Shown piece by piece: positions 13,401 to 26,923 of a stretch of 64,000 bases of DNA. The position numbers and the translations under genes are program-made. The stretch is from Anolis carolinensis (lineage: Eukaryota): the NCBI RefSeq assembly GCF_035594765.1, contig NW_026943824.1, positions 8,875,451-8,939,450 of the forward strand, written 5' to 3'. Position 1 is the stretch's first letter, and each line of letters begins with the position of its first letter. The notes under the pieces are model-generated. The model ran no database searches, had not been told where the DNA came from, and saw nothing but the letters and a program-made list of their open reading frames with translations.

Positions 13401-16400
13401 TTTTCAATAAAAATTGAAATGGCCATAATAGACTTCAGCTAGGGATAAGGAATATGTGGCCCCTGTAAGATGTGGACCTTAGCATTTGCTGTCCTTGCTA
13501 GGATTGCTGCAGTCCAACAATATCTGGAGACAATGTGTTCCCAATGCTGAGAGATATCGAACCACTAGACAGACAACACAATTCACCCCAATTATATAAG
13601 TACTGCATTTTCCTCAAAACACATGTTGATCCTTCATACTATTTTATTTTATTATCCTGAGGCTAAATGCTGAAAATGAACATCAATTTATGGGCAGGTA
13701 TTTGTCCAAGCGGAATCCCTATGGCATGGTTAACAGCACTCCTACATTAACAGCACTTGCTGTTCAACCCTTTTGGCAACAAAAATGATATTACAAGGTG
13801 GTTTGGGTGAATTCCTAGGCTCCCAGGGTAATATTCAAAGGCTTTCAGAAGTCTAGAGAAAAACTCTCTGGAAAGAACAGATGCTGTCTGCATAAACACT
13901 GCTCTCGGGTGCTCTCTCTCTCCCCCCCCCCCCCCCCCCAACTTCTTCTCAATGTTGGCATAATCAAGACAAGAAAAATATGAAATCTTTGTTCTCACAG
14001 AGAAGGTTTGGTTATGCGGGGAAATTCATGCACAGGTTTGGTTTTTTAAAAAAAAGATTTAACTAAGATTGAAAGAGAATTTTGATTCCACCACACCCAT
14101 AAGTGTTAGCATTCTGCAGACAAATAAATAAGAACAGAGGGGGAAAAACAGCATCTGGTATAGATTTTGGCACCAAACAACTTTTCAGTTTTATGCTATT
14201 GCTGTACATTAAAGATGTAATACTGGACACATGGCCAAGGCTTTATTTTGGTTACTAGAGTTTCCAATTCACCATGTCATTAAAAAAACTTTTAACTTTG
14301 TGTTTTCAAATACATTACAACTTGTACCCTTGGTTTGCTTCTGACATAAATAAAATAACCATGTCATTTAGGAAAGAGGGAATTGCCATTGGCCAGCTTG
14401 ATTAGCATTGAATAGCCTTGCACCTTCAAAGCCTGGCTGCTTCTTGCCTGGGGAAATCCTTTGTTGGGAGATGTTAACTGGCCCTGAATGTTTCTTGTCT
14501 GGAATTCCCGTCTTTTAACACATCCCAAGAAAGGATTCCCCCAGGCAGGAAGCAGCCAGGCCTTGAAGGTGCAAGGCTATTCAATGCTAATCATGCTGGC
14601 ATTGCAACATTCACACTTGCCTTTTTCATAATGGATGTACACTGGCAAGGTATATTCATTTAGTTCTATATGCTCATCAGTGTTCACGCTTGTGCAAAAT
14701 GTAGATAGATTTTTAAATTTAAAACTGCTGAAGGACACCTGTTAGAGACAGTGTGCGTGTGCCGGGAGCCCAGACTTTGAAGGAATGAAGGATGTGTAAA
14801 ATACATCCATAATTTAGAGATTTCACACTTTTTAACCGGTGTCGTGTTTCTATTTCTGAAAACCGCTGAATTACACTGGTTTTTGAAACACTATTAGAAA
14901 ACCCAAATATGTAACCATGAAGGCAATGCTTTGGAATGAAAGCAAGACTATAGATTGAAGCTGTTATGCTATTGTGAGCGGCAGTGGAATTTTTACTAAA
15001 CACAGTTATTTGGCCCCAATGCAGCCCTTCTGTAGCTCTGTTCCACTTAATTTGCTCGTAAACTACGGCTTTCATAATGTTATAAAAACATCTGTTGCTA
15101 ATCTTGCTGCTGAGTACATTTTTTGTTCATCTGTTTTTTAATTTTAACAACCCAACCAACTACTGTATGCAGCCCTCTGTCACCACGAATTGATGAGCTA
15201 TTTAGAAAGAGGTGCAAGCAAAACAACAGCTGAGGGACCGATAGATTTGTGCATTACAGCATTACAACAACAACCCTGTATCCAACTGTATGTGTATTTG
15301 GCAGCCAACGACATCTTGCACACAAAGAAAAGACATTCCCATAATAGGGTGGTATAAAATCAAACCAAATATTTCATCATTTATGGGATTTAAGCACATT
15401 TAGCCCTGAAGATTCTTGTGCAAAAAAGTGCAAACTACTTTGGATATGGCAATAATGTCCAAAGAACTTTAGTTTTCATCAGCTTAGATTAGGACAGTTG
15501 CTACAAAGACAACGCCACTGCATATGTCTGTATGTACTACATAAAGCACATCAGTTTCAATTTCATTATAAATTTCACAGATCATCAGCACATCAGAGTT
15601 CAGAGTGCTTTCATTACCACTATCTATAATGTCGTTCAGCAGTGCATTATGGAACGTCTTTGGAGGCCTGATGAAGGCTCCTTTGTTTCACAGGCATATT
15701 ATTTTTAGAATGACAGAGTAAAATTACATTTTTATGCCAAATATTGACCCTAACCTGATTAGCAAGCAACATTTATATTAAATCTCTCATTTAGCCATTC
15801 TGATCTCAGCTCGGGGACAATGGAACTAATATCATCAATATAATGTCTTCTCTTTATTACGCCCATTTATTCTACATTACCACATAAATGCTCAAGACAG
15901 ATTTCATTAGAACCACAATTCCTCAAGGGTGAGGTAAAAACCATCCAGCCGGCTGCAAGTGCTTTATAAGTAGGTCACTGGATGAGAGCAGAAAACTTTG
16001 GGGAGGGGGAAAAGGAAATGGGGAGCACAATGGGCTGCGGCTCACCTTATTGGATGTATGGGACGACTCTCCCAGACTGTGACTTGGATAAGCCAGAACA
16101 ACAGATACCCAACACTTGAAATAAGAGCATACAGCATCATATAAATAGTTTCAATTAATTACATTGAGTTGTGTATATAAGAAAAAAATGCCTTGAGTAA
16201 TGAAAAACATTGCATGAACGTCTGGCACAATATTAACTATGATGAGCAAAGGAAGAGATAATACTAGAGCTAGTGCTCTAAAGTAGTAATCTGGACATAA
16301 AGGGTCTTTATGCGTGTTATGTTGCCAATTCTTGAGCAAGTTGCTTTAAATGGGAGTGTCTTTGAATAAAACCCATGAAGATTCTTTGCCTGTTAAAATC

Positions 16401-19400
16401 TTCCCAGACAATGTTATAATAAGTAAGTTGTACCATAAACAAGAAATCAACTGCTCCTTTATAAATACCTACAAAGAGGATGGAAAGAAAATGCTGTGAC
16501 TAATGCACTTTTTTTAAATATTCATGGCACACTACCTCCACACTGTGTTGTGATAAACAAATAGATGTTCATAAGGGAAATGCTTTTAGAAAACTGAAAG
16601 ACACGAAAGGTGCAGGAGGAAGAATGGATTAACCAGATCACCAGATAAAATCTATCATTACAATTCATAACTGATTTATGTCACCATATAGGAGCTTATG
16701 GGGTTATTTCAATCTGAAGAAGAACAAGGTCACTTGTATGCACTATATTATATTTAAGAGACACACAGCCGAATTTACAATTTAGACATAGCAGCTCACA
16801 AGTCAAGAAGACTATGGCAAGGCTGACACATCTTTGGCAAACAATATGGCCATAACAAGAAGATGCTCTACTCTAAGTGATGCATCCTCTCATTTTGCGA
16901 ATTTGCTTCATTGGGATTTAGCAGTAAAATTCCAACGTCTATGATAATCTCATAGTGGTTATAATGCAGCTACTCTCTATATTGTGGGTTGCCACTGAAC
17001 AGATGCTCAAAAGACAGCTGTACGGCGCAGCCAGGAGTGGCTGAAGGCACAGGCATCCATTTCAATTTCACAGATACACAAGCCTTCCTTCTTGTGTGTG
17101 AAACGGTGGCTCGGTTCTTACTGGGAGTGTGAAGAGAATTCTCAAGTATTTCCAAATTACCCACAATTAAATTACAGCTTAATTTAAAGATGCTAAGTGT
17201 AAAGAAATTAAAATAAGATATCTCTTCTAAACCCCACAGAGAAATAAAAAGTGCTTATGTTAATTTAAAGTCACTAAATTTCCACAAGGTACAAACACTC
17301 ACACATCCCTACATATAATTATCATGTAATTATATATATAATCTCATTCAAATTCTGCTAGAGAATTTACCGTTGAAGCTGAAGAAGACCAATCTTTGTA
17401 AGAAAGGTGTATTTTGCAAGCTACAGCAGTCCAAAGCTATTTTAAAAATGCCTTTTAAACTAGAGTTCCAGGAAGCCATCTTTCAACATGGCACCTACAT
17501 TCCAAAATAATAACTTTTCTAGAGTACAAAGACTAATACTAGTCATAGTCTGGGGGCTCTAGTCAGATTCTAAATTGTGTATTTCAGTCAGTGGCATAGT
17601 GATTAGCAGTCATTTTTTAAGCTGATGAGCGAGGCTCAACTTGTGGTCAATGCATGATCAGTTTTGTGAATGAAGAGCTCATGTGGCTAAAACTGAAGAG
17701 TTATGTTCCTTGTGAAATTAAAAAGAGGTCACGGAACAATGCTAAGAAAGACTCAAGGCACAAACACATAAAGCAGGGGTCTCCAAACGATGGTTTGCAG
17801 GCTGGATGCCACTTGGCAGAGGTAAAAGCAAAATATCCCATAAACTATAAGACAGAACTAGGTCCTCCAATGCAGCTCTACGTCATTCTTGGCCCATTAG
17901 TCCTACATTTAAATAGGGTTCACAATTATCTACAGTTCTGCATATCTACATGAAGTCTGAAATGTATCCCCACAGATAAGGGACCGTGGGTAGTAATAGT
18001 TAACTCAACTGAGAACCTTTCACCAGAAAAACTCACAATGGCATCCTCTCTAGGAATTTTCTAAGTCTTCCAATGTAATGTTATGGTAACCTTCGGTGGT
18101 AGCACACCGTTGAATTGACAGGAGGATGTAAAAAATCCCTAGAGAGAATAGATTATACCAGATGCTAGGAGGTACAAGTCTCAAAGATAAGTGGGTTGTA
18201 AATACAAATATCTATTGCCGGTCATACATTGCTTATTTGCTTTGCCAAAGTTTTGGGTATTCTTAAGAAAGGAATGTCCTCTTCTTCACCCAAAATAGCC
18301 CAATCTGCCTGTTATTAAATTGCATCATGCTGCTGCTAGCAAGTCTATTTCATTTAATAGTGCTTTGCATCTGTTCATAGTGTTCTGCATCTGCTCATAG
18401 AGAGGTTGTGCAACAGAAACGATGTACAGTTATGTTGCCACACAAACAGAAGCTCAAGAGATTCACAAAAATTAAGCCAACCGATGATTTTTCCAAGAAA
18501 AACAACAACAATAACAACAACACCAGATGATCCAGGGCACTGATGTTGAGCAATGGTGCAAGTTCTGCCTAGGTTCTATTATGACTATACCAATAACAAC
18601 TAGCAAAGCACTGAGGAATGGAAAACAACTGCTGTCACCATGGGGAAATTTTGAGCAAAAAACATCAAGTACTGACAAGTGACTAAAAGAGAAAACTTGT
18701 AAGAGGCAATAAATTCTATAGTTGTATAGCACAATACGATTTTAAATTTAGGAAAAATGACAGGTTCCTGTACCAGCAAGTGTGAAATACATGTTATACC
18801 AGCACACACTATAAGCAGCAAGCTTACTACACGTAAAAGGGGGCAATCCTACTTATACAGTAAGAGAACTACCATCCTTTTTGACAGTGGTTGTCAACCT
18901 GGGTTCCCCAGATGTTTTGGCCTTCAACTCCCAGAAATCCTAACAGCTGGTAAATTGGCTGGGATTTCTGGGAGTTGACTTGAAGACACATAACAGAAAG
19001 CAGTATCTATGTGAAATTATCTATGTGCAATTACTACTTGCTCCAAAGTTATACTGAACAAGCAATGTTGTCTGTTAGAAAGTAATTTTGTATTTGAACA
19101 GGTACTTATAGGAAAGCCTCACAGTCCAATCCCCCACGAAACTCCAATATCAAGTAAAGTATTTGATTGCAAAAAAACCCCACCAAACTGTACCATTTTA
19201 AAATGAGTTACTTAATTTGAGGAACAAAATAAAACTTTTTGTATTATGGAATCAATGTGAGTGACACAGTTGATGATTTATATATATTGAACCTGAATCT
19301 CTTTTAAATCTCTGTTTTGTGGAATCACAGAGACATCAGCCCCCTACATATATTCCTGTCTGCTGTCAGGAGATACTCATTATGGTAGGTTTTAAACTAT

Positions 19401-22400
19401 GAGAAAGAGAATAAAGAGAGGATTACGTATCCTATTGAACTACAGGTTAACCTGTTCTTTCAGGTAAACCTCACTACATATCAACATAGAGAACCCCATG
19501 GCATTAATTAAATCTATTCTTGTTGATGTACCCTCTGGCACTGCAATTTAAATCCTTATTTTAGGCAAGTTCGCCTACACACAAAACGTTTAGCATTTAT
19601 AACTACATCAAGAAATACAAAAACACCAGCACCAACAAAACCCATACTGACATCCCAGCATAGCCTTTCAAGTGGCTGCTACTCACTGTCCCATTTACAA
19701 AACAAAGTGATCAAATTAAGATTTATCATGCTGGGGAAAAAAAATCAATTCCCTCAGCAGCCTTTCTCAGAACAAATACACCAAATCTGTCTTGATACAA
19801 CTAAGCAATAGTATAATAAGCACTTCTTTCTTTGGGGGTCATATGCAAATACACTTCAAAGATGACCCTAATGTTGACAGATAAAAAGGCTACAACTGTT
19901 GCTTATTTCTGTGATTAACCCACCCACCCACACCTTTTACTTTACAATGTTTCAATTCTCTTTTCCAAAGAAAGATATTTCTCTTTCGTCTTTCATTTTA
20001 GCCACTATAAAGCCAAGTTAAGTCTCATTGTTTATGATAACCATTCAATCTCGGCTTCTTCCAGCACAAAACTGGCAAACATTCGGTACTTCAAATGTTT
20101 TGGGTTACTAATCCCTCACCGCTATCCACTCTGGCCAGGATTTCTGGAAGCTGCACGCCAAGACATCTTGAAAAGAAGAAGATCAGAGGTTCTCCACCCC
20201 AGCTCTAACTTTTCTTTTCAGCCCATGGTTCAATGAACTGGGATTGGCTTCTGGAAGCTGCCCCTGCAATTCCTCTTCTCATTGTGTCTTCCCATCACAT
20301 CCAAAGCTTAAAAGAGAATGCAGGATGCAGGGACAGAGGTTCCAGGGATCTGTAACAGGGAGTTGAAAAATCACTGGCACAAGCAGCTTCTGGATCCAAA
20401 CAATTCTTTTCAGTTCTGTTTACATTCACCGGCTCCAAAGTAACAATTTGGACCACCCTCTTCTGGCAAACCAAGATTGTTTCCTCACTTGGTGTGAGCC
20501 CAGTTTGCAACTTCTCGCCAACTCTTCATTCAAAATTATGTTTTATAAAGTACTATTTGCCTGAGCTGAAGATGCCAAGACTCAGAGCTTGATCTTTGAC
20601 AAATCCAGATGTAATTAAGACTCCTTTCTCTCAAGAACATGATTAGTGCAGAGATCATCTGCCCCTTTCACTGTTCATCTCATATCCTCTTCAGCATGAG
20701 CTAACAGAATAATAGTATTTTTCTTTTTGACTGCACGCTCCCCGGAGAAACCATGCTGGGTCTATACAGTTGTCCCTCTATACCCATGTTGTCTGCATCC
20801 ACAGATTCTACTAGGCATGGCTTGAAAATATTCAAAAATTCCAAAAAGAGAACCTCAATTTTGCCATTTTAAGATAAGGGGCCATGGCACTGTATATAAT
20901 GCGTCAGGAGCATCCACTGATTTTGGTATTCACAGGGGGCCCTGGAACTAAACCCCAGCTAACACCAAGGTCTCGCTGAATAGTCAGTTATTCTACATAT
21001 TACTATAGAATTGTTCCCATTAATAATGGAAAATTATTGTTAAAGAATACCGATTTTATGATGGTGCAGCATCACTGCATGCAATCAAAAAACTGATAAC
21101 CTTTGAGTGTGGCAGAACACAGTTTACAGCCTGATTTAGAAAACATCTACAGAAAACACAAGATTTTTACTGCCGTTTCAAATCCTCTAAAGATAAAGCA
21201 GAAACCACTGTAATTAAATCGCTTTGTATATCATTCACAAATTCACTCTCTCAGTGGAAACCAGTCTTCCCAGTTATTTGTCATACGTTTGCCTCTCTAT
21301 CTGTGATCTACTTCATATTCTTCCTTTCCAAAGCTTAGAGTAGGAGCAGACACTAGGCAGCCTAAGACTTGATGGCATGTCCTGGGGTGATCTGCAGTAA
21401 ATCCGCAAGGCTTTCTCTTTTCTGGTCATTTAACTATTACAAAAATAACAGATCTTTCTTGCCTCCTAAATTGGGTGGCGAAAAATCAAGAAACCTCTGC
21501 GAAAACCAGAAGCAGAGCTTTTCCTAGTTCTAAAACAATTTCCTGGGCTGAGTATGCGTTGAAAGACAATTTGTTCCACAATGCTGCATGGGCCTTCCTG
21601 AACCACTACTTTTCTCTCAGATCATCGGTAAAACTTTTGCTCAAGAATAGTAGATAGTACCATAAATTTCAAATGTTGCCTGCACTGGTTTAGTCAGAGT
21701 GGTAGGGAATCTGTGACCCTCCAGATGTTGGTGGACTACCTCTCCCATCATCTCGGACAACTGGCATTACTGAGAAGAGTTGGACTTAAGAAAAATTTGG
21801 AAGCTACACTGATTCCCCATTGATTTTCTGATATACTAATAATAATAATAATTCTTACCCTCCTCTCCTTGTGGCTCGAGTCGGGTTATAACATCTGATG
21901 TAAAGAAGAAAGAAGCATCTCTGGCATTTCTGTTGCTAATAATTACAATATGAAGATTCTAATGGATCAGACTAAAGGTCCTTCTAGTCTAGCTTTCCCC
22001 AGCCCTGCATTCTCCATACACTGATCAACAAAAAACATGTCCAAACATGTCCTCTGGTCCTATCTACACTGGGAATTTCATGCAGTTTTGAACCTGTATT
22101 GAAGATTTAAGAGTGCAAAACACCTTGAGGGAGGGCCCAAGTTGACCCAGGCCTGGCTTTAGGTCAAAGTCAGTAATGATGGTTCTCTATCCTGTCTTGG
22201 TCAAAATGGAAGGTGACTAAAATGCTCTTCCAACACTACCATTTCTGTGACCGTTTCATGCTGGTTCTCTTCAAGTTCAGAAAATCACTCAGACTCTTCA
22301 GGAAGTATAGGAAGGATGCTAGTGGCTTCCCTGTTTCTCCGCAATGGCTGACTTCTTGGATTGTGTCAGCCATTCGACTTGCCTACAAAGCCCATTCTGC

Positions 22401-24531
22401 CACCTCTTCTTCTTCTTCATGGTCTCTGTAGAATCAGATACATGGGTGACTACTGAGCTTGGAGATGGGTTCATGCCATGCGGGAAAGGAGCACAGCTCT
22501 TCCAAAGGCAGCATCCCTACCGGCTGTTAGGAATTGTGGGTGCTGAAGTCCAAAACACCAGAAGGGCCCATGTCTGCTCTAAGAGGAGACATCCCACTTG
22601 CAGCGGGGGATGCAACGGTGCTTCTCAGAAAAGAGTTCAAGCCGTAGTGACAGCACTAAGTGAATGACCCCTGATGTGATGGGGGAAATCTTGTCCTGTA
22701 AACTGGAAGGAAAAGCTGCAGTTCATGAAGATATGAGATACCGGACATTGGGGCGTATCTTGGCAGTAATTATGGAATAATTTGGAAGATTTTGTACATA
22801 CGCTTGTTCCATAGACGTAAAATGCTAGCGGTTAGATTCTGGAAGTTTTGTTTTATCCATTCCAGAAATGGTAGTGTTGGAAGAGCATTTTGGTCACCTT
22901 TCATCTTGAACAAGGCAGAACAGAGAATCTCCATTACTGACATTGTGTTGTCAAAGGCTTTCATGACTGGAATCACTGGGTTGCTGTGAGTTTTTTGGGC
23001 TGTATGACCATGTTGCAGAAGCATTTCACCCACATCTATGGTAGGCAACCTCAGAGATTGTGAGGTTTGTTGGAAACTTGGCAAGTGGGGTTTATATATC
23101 TGTGAAAGGTCCAAGGTGGAAGAAACTCTAAAATCAGGACAGTAAATAAAGAACAACAGAATGGAGGACACCTGGCTCGATGGCAGTACGTGTGAAAAAG
23201 CTCTTGGAGTCCTCATGGAAAACAAGTAAAACATGAGCCAACAATGTGATGCGGCTGCTAAAAAAGCCAACGGGATTCTGGTCTGCATAAATAGGGATAT
23301 AGCATCTAGATCCAGGGAAGTCATGCTCCCCCTCTATTCCGCCTTGGTCAGACCACACCTGGAATACTGTGTCCAATTCTGGGCACCGCAATTGAAGGGA
23401 GATGCTGACAAGCTGGAAAGTGTCCAGAGGAGGGCAACTAAAATGATCAAGGGTCTGGAGAACAAGCCTTATGAGGAGTGGCTTAAAGAGCTGTGCATGT
23501 TTAGCCTGCAGAAGAGAAGGCTGAGAGGAGACATGATAGCCATGTACAAATACGTGAAGGGAAGTCATAGGGAGGAGGGAGCAAGCTTGTTTTCTGCTGC
23601 CCTGCAGACTAGGATGCGGAATAATGGCTTCAAACTACAGGAAAGGAGATTCCACCTGAACATAAGGAAGAACATTCTCACTGTGAGAGCTGTTCAGCAG
23701 TGGAACTCTCTGCCCTAGACTGTGGTGTAGGCTCCTTCTTTGGAGGCTTTTAAGCAGAGGCTGGATGGCCATCTGTTGGGGGTGCTTTGAATGCTATTTC
23801 CTGCTTCTTGGCAGGAGGTTGGACTGGATGGCCCATGAGGTCTCTTCCAACTCTACTATTCTATATTCACTCAAAAAACAGGGGAATTCCATACAGGAAA
23901 CAATCAGGGCCAGCTAATCATCTCCCAACAAAGGATTCCCCCAGGAAGGACGCAGCCATAACCTGAAGCTTAAAGGCCATTGAATCAAGCTGGCCAAGTG
24001 CAACATTCACAACAGACAAGAGTTCTTTCTCCCACCCTGGACATTATTCCATAGATATATGAACCCTACTTGCCTAGTTTCCAACAGACTTCACAACCTC
24101 ATAGGCAGCCTGCCATAGATGCGGGCCAAACGTCAGGAGAGAATGCTTCTGGAACATGGCCATTTTGGTCAACTCCCATGTTGACCAAGGCACAATAGAG
24201 AAGCACCATATTGACATTAAGACAGAGCCAGGCCTGGGCTAACTTGGCCCCTCCATCCGGGTGTTTTGGACTCCAACTCCCACCATTCCTAACCGCTTAA
24301 GCGGCTGAGGGGGAAAAGCATGGGGCCTGAGGCTGTGAGGAATAGCGGGAGTGGGAGTCGAAAGCCCCCGGATGGAGGGCCCAAGTTGGCCCAGTCTTGG
24401 GAGTAAACACTCGGCCTCGACCCACCCGCGGATTCTCCGGTGTTGATCCAGTCCGGGTTGGCCAGGCTGGCGATGGCGAAGATGTCTGCGGCCAGAAAGA
24501 GGCATCCTGAGATGATGGTCAGTTTGTCCAT
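2755..24531 (-). CDS. MOSMO: Modulator of smoothened (C16orf52/ATTHOG), tetraspan membrane protein; join(24531-24426, 5815-5603, 2939-2755), 167 aa
   Basis: Three exons (106+213+185 = 504 nt) with GT-AG junctions give one [25 protein letters not shown]...[12 protein letters not shown], recognisable as vertebrate MOSMO. CpG island at exon 1. Confidence 0.96.
3496..3509 (+). promoter_or_regulatory. Candidate CTCF site in MOSMO intron 2
   Basis: CCACTAGAGGGAGC closely matches the CTCF core consensus. Confidence 0.5.
4399..4458. repeat. (TAA)n microsatellite, about 20 copies
   Basis: Read directly; similar tracts near 32131, 33980, 47242 and 63085. Confidence 0.95.
5603..5815 (-). CDS. MOSMO: MOSMO exon 2
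   Basis: ttcAG acceptor, GTAAGT donor, 213 nt, phase 1-1; [29 protein letters not shown]...WIAFTG. Confidence 0.96.
9562..9884. mobile_element. Tc1/mariner (pogo/Tigger-like) MITE, about 320 bp; 12 copies of this family in the window
   Basis: TIR CAGTAGAGTCTCACTTATCCAA, TA TSD. Other copies start at 25136, 25513, 26096, 26924, 27289, 32965, 35148, 40996, 52095, 57968 and 59429. Confidence 0.92.
11331..11585 (+). mobile_element. RTE/BovB LINE 3' fragment
   Basis: Encodes [26 protein letters not shown], typical of RTE C-termini. Confidence 0.85.
22300..22400 (+). mobile_element. Degraded DIRS tyrosine-recombinase fragment
   Basis: Peptide [21 protein letters not shown] resembles the DIRS YR motif (S.qrlS.WI..aI..aY). 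Confidence 0.5.
22943..24163. mobile_element. Penelope-like element with inverted ends, interrupted by CR1
   Basis: Left arm from about 22943 and inverted right arm at about 24020-24163. Confidence 0.7.
23160..23866 (+). mobile_element. CR1 LINE 3' fragment
   Basis: ORF 23233-23718 [21 protein letters not shown]...RRLRGD is the CR1 ORF2 C-terminus; ATTCTAT-type tail. Confidence 0.93.
24229..24399. mobile_element. Hairpin MITE beside the MOSMO exon 1 donor
   Basis: CAGGCCTGGGC...GCCCAGTCTTG ends with inverted arms. Confidence 0.8.
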
Positions 24532-24860
24532 GTCCTCCTCCTCCTTCTCCTCCGGCCTCAGGCGGGGGCCCCGGGCCGGGGGCTCCTCACAGCCGCGGCT
24601 CCATGGCGGGCGCCTCCCCCCGCCCGGAAGCAAAACCCGAGCCGCATGACCCGGAAGCAGAGGCTCGCTCGTTCAACCCTCGTCCTCAGCTCCCCCGCTC
24701 CCCCGCCCGCGCCTCACACTTTCCCCCAGACGGGGCGGGGCCACCACGATGACGATCGATCAGGGCGGGGCTTCGGGGGAATGGGCGGGGCTGAGGAGAG
24801 AACAGCTAAACGAGAGGGGAAACTAGACCCGAGGGAAGGGAGCCAGTGGGCGGGGCTTAT
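24400..24860 (-). promoter_or_regulatory. CpG-island promoter of MOSMO with GC boxes and ETS (CCGGAAG) motifs
   Basis: GC- and CpG-rich segment in an AT-rich background; GGGGCGGGG boxes near 24732; CCGGAAG near 24624 and 24651. Confidence 0.75.
24426..24531 (-). CDS. MOSMO: MOSMO exon 1
   Basis: ATG at 24531, [37 protein letters not shown] donor at 24425-24424. Confidence 0.96.
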
Positions 24861-24874
24861 ACTAATGCATAGCA

Positions 24875-26923
24875 TAATATAAAATATATAATATAAATAA
24901 AATAATGTAATAAAAGGATATGATAATAAAATAATATAATAATAAGATATAAAATATAATAATACTATATTAATATTATAATATATTGTATATACATGTA
25001 ATATTAATAATATGATGTAATACAATGTAATAATAATTATAATTCACTATTATAATTGCATATTTATATTACATGCAATATTACTAATAATATTGCAATA
25101 TAGTCGCATGATATAATACATTGTATGTATATATACAGTAGAGTCTCACTAAACGGGCCAGCCGAACCTTGGATAAGCGAATATGTTGGATAATGAGGGA
25201 TTAAGGAAAAGCCTATTAAACATCAAATTAGGTGATGATTTTACAAATTAAGCACCAAAACATCATGTTATACAACAAATTTGACAGAAAAAGTAGTTCA
25301 ATACGCAGTAATGTTATGTAATAATTACTGTATTTATGAATTTAGCACCAAAATATCACGATATATTGAAAACATTGATTACAAAAATGCGTTGGATAAT
25401 CCAAAAGCTTGGATAAGCGAGGCTTGGATAAGTGAGACTCTACTGTAATAATATAAAGTATATAATATAAATAAAATAATGTAATAAAAGGATATTATAA
25501 TAAAACAATATACAGTAGAGTCTCACTTATCCAACACTCGCTTATCCAACATTCTGGATTATCCAACGCATTTTTGGAGTCAATTTTTTCAATACACCAT
25601 GATATTTTGGTGCTAAATTCGTAAATACAGTAATTACTACATAGCATTACTGTGTATTGAACTACTTTTTCTGTCAAATTTGTTGTATAACATGATGTTT
25701 TGGTGCTTAATTTGTGAAATCATAACCTAATTTAATGTTTAATAGGCTTTTTCTTAATCGCTCCTTATTATCCAACATATTCGCTTATCCAACGTTCTCC
25801 CGGCCCATTTACGTTGGATAAGTGAGACTCTACTGTAATAATAAGGTATAATATATAATAAAATATAATATATATAATATAAAATATAATATATAATTAT
25901 GCAATATAATATGTAATATATCATAAAATATAATGAAATAATATTCATTTATATAATATATAATTGTGTAATAATATAATATCATATATATATATATATA
26001 TATATACTGTAATATATAATTATGTAATATAATAAATAATATAGCAGAAAGCAATAAATAATATAATATATAATTGTGTAATTCAATATGTAATACAGTA
26101 GAGTCTCACTTATCCAACAGTTGGATAAGCAAATATGTTGGATAATAAGGAGGGATTAAGGAAAAGTCTATTAAACATCAAATTAGTTTATGATTTTACA
26201 AATTAAGCACCAAAACATCATGTTATACAACAAATTTGACAGGAAAAGCAGTTCAATACGCAGTAATGTTATGTAGTAATTACTGTATTTACGAATTTAG
26301 CACCAAAATATCACGATATATTGAAAACATTGACTACAAAAATGCGTTGGATAATCCAGAACGTTGGATAAGTGAGACTCTACTGTATATAAAAATAATA
26401 TAAAATAATAAAACAATATGTCTATATTAATATATAATGATGTAATATAATATGTAACATATCATAATACAATATAATATATATATTATATGAAATATAT
26501 AATATATAATTATGTAATATAATATGAAATACCATAAAATAATACAATAATATATATATTATATGTAACCTATAATAAAGTAATATAAATATATATACTG
26601 TAATATATAATTACATAATACAATATATATCAGAAAGCAATAAAAATATAAAATATAAATATGTAATACAATATATAATATATAATAAAATTAATATGAA
26701 ATAATAAAACAATATCTTTATATTAATATATAATTATGTAATATAATATGTAATATATCATAATATATAATATATAATTATGTAATATATGTAATATCAT
26801 AAAATAATGCAATAATATATATTATATGTAACCTATAATAAAGTAATATAATAAAATAATATTATATAGTATATATAATTATATAATATAATATATAATA
26901 TATACAATATATAATTGGTTATA
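24875..26923. repeat. Extremely AT-rich low-complexity tract upstream of MOSMO
   Basis: Near-pure A/T sequence interrupted only by MITEs. Confidence 0.9.

Noticed and set aside
23233-23718. 161-aa ORF as a host gene
   Set aside because: C-terminal fragment of CR1 ORF2, 5'-truncated.
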